Part shown: positions 48,560-49,642 of the stretch, piece by piece
How positions within the stretch are numbered: the stretch's first letter is position 1
Layout of the letters: each line of letters begins with the position of its first letter
NCBI GenBank assembly: GCA_905331295.1
Contig: CAJNYD010000072.1
Span: 1 to 49,642, forward strand
DNA: 49,642 nt
Source: Rotaria socialis
Lineage: Eukaryota
Reading direction: 5' to 3'
Position numbers and translations under genes: made by a program
Notes under the pieces: generated by a model
Database searches by the model: none
What the model was told of the DNA's origin: nothing
What the model saw: only the letters and a program-made list of their open reading frames with translations

Positions 48560-49330
48560 CTTCTCTCTATTTGAAGCCTCCAGAAAAGTGTTGTAGCAAA
48601 CCATTAATGATCTACAGTTTGTGATCGTATAATAACAACGTATTTACTATTGTCTATCTCCGTCGAAGTTTTCACATTCTTTTGTACAATTTATACATCA
48701 AGAAAAAAAGGAAGACATTACACTTTTAATATCTCACAACACTTTATTGTATTACTTTTTTGATCTTCATGTAACATTTACAACAGATCTTAAAAACTCA
48801 CCATCACATATGTTTACCCTTGTCATATTCACGTAGATCAATATAGCATGTGCCATTAGTTTCATATTGCTGATTAATAGCCGTATTGAATATGTGCTTT
48901 TCCAATGTCATCAATTTTAGTGAAGATGACCAGATAGATCTAGATTCATCAACGAAACCTACTGAACACAGATTCACACATGACCCCAAATATAGATTGT
49001 ATGCATCAATGGTGTCGACTCGAGCTCCTGATCCCAACATCATTATATCTATCCAATTTTCTTTTTTCGTAAATTAGAGAAATACATGATGTTCGATTGG
49101 TCGGTGAAAAAATTTCTTAATTGCTGTTCCACTATTTTGATCATCAATAATTAAACAATCATATTTATCCGAAGATCTTTCCAAATCACTATTGTGAATC
49201 ATAAGAATAAATAATATTAGTCTCTGCGCAATTGAAATGATGCAATTATTTTACTCTATGAAAATCATATTTGATATATCGATCATAGGTTGTGATAAAA
49301 GTAAACAAACAGCATCTCAAGCCATATGTG
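48560..49330 (-). pseudogene. Decayed coding-like region of unknown family
   Basis: Protein-like stretches (..IHNSDLERSSDKYDCLIIDDQNSGTAIKKFFTDQSNIMYFSNL; GARVDTIDAYNLYLGSCVNL..) broken by stops and a frameshift. Confidence 0.25.
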
Positions 49331-49642
49331 ATTATATGAAACAAGGAGAAAGTTTCACTTTTCTCACAACGACATGTCTCAATACTAACTAACAAAATGC
49401 GTTTTATAAAATGATCTTTCGCTTTTTTTCAGTGAAGTGGATTTTTTATTCTTTCTGACTATCGTTATAAGGTCTATATGAGTTGACATGTATTAAACGA
49501 ATTTTTCAGTTAATACTTACATGTGTTTTCATAATCTATGACAGTTTTATCTATGCCAAACGTTTTAACAGATTTTAGTATACTTTTATACAAACCAAAT
49601 ATGACTTTATTGAATAAGAGTAGTTTTGAATGTGTTATAAAT

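Overview
AT-rich eukaryotic genomic DNA with short (~50-60 bp) GT-AG introns. It is most consistent with a bdelloid rotifer, inferred from TGTGGG telomere-like hexamers, intron size and lineage-type proteins; the species cannot be determined. From left to right: (1) A TE-rich first 3 kb holds a 95-bp inverted duplication (1-95 / 2476-2570), a Helentron-like non-autonomous element, and a minimal hammerhead-ribozyme motif followed by ACACCC-type repeats that looks like an Athena/Terminon (Penelope-like) 3' end. (2) A ~9-10 kb array of 93-bp tandem units (~3.9-13.6 kb) contains locally homogenised subfamilies and higher-order repeats. (3) A compact gene cluster follows: ATAT1, a decayed UBE4A/Ufd2 copy, TMEM256, gamma-SNAP and PSMD8/Rpn12. 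A full-length two-ORF LINE with a target-site duplication is inserted between the last two genes. (4) Next come a long-TIR MITE, a stand-alone receiver-like-domain gene and an unknown membrane-protein gene. (5) Two tandem paralogues encode a secreted amphipathic precursor whose arginines occur only at putative cleavage sites. (6) The window ends with decayed ORFs, a 100-N gap and an ACCGCG-rich element. A family of short hairpins with telomere-like arms and unrelated loops recurs across the window. All calls were made by eye from the sequence and the ORF track; no searches were run.
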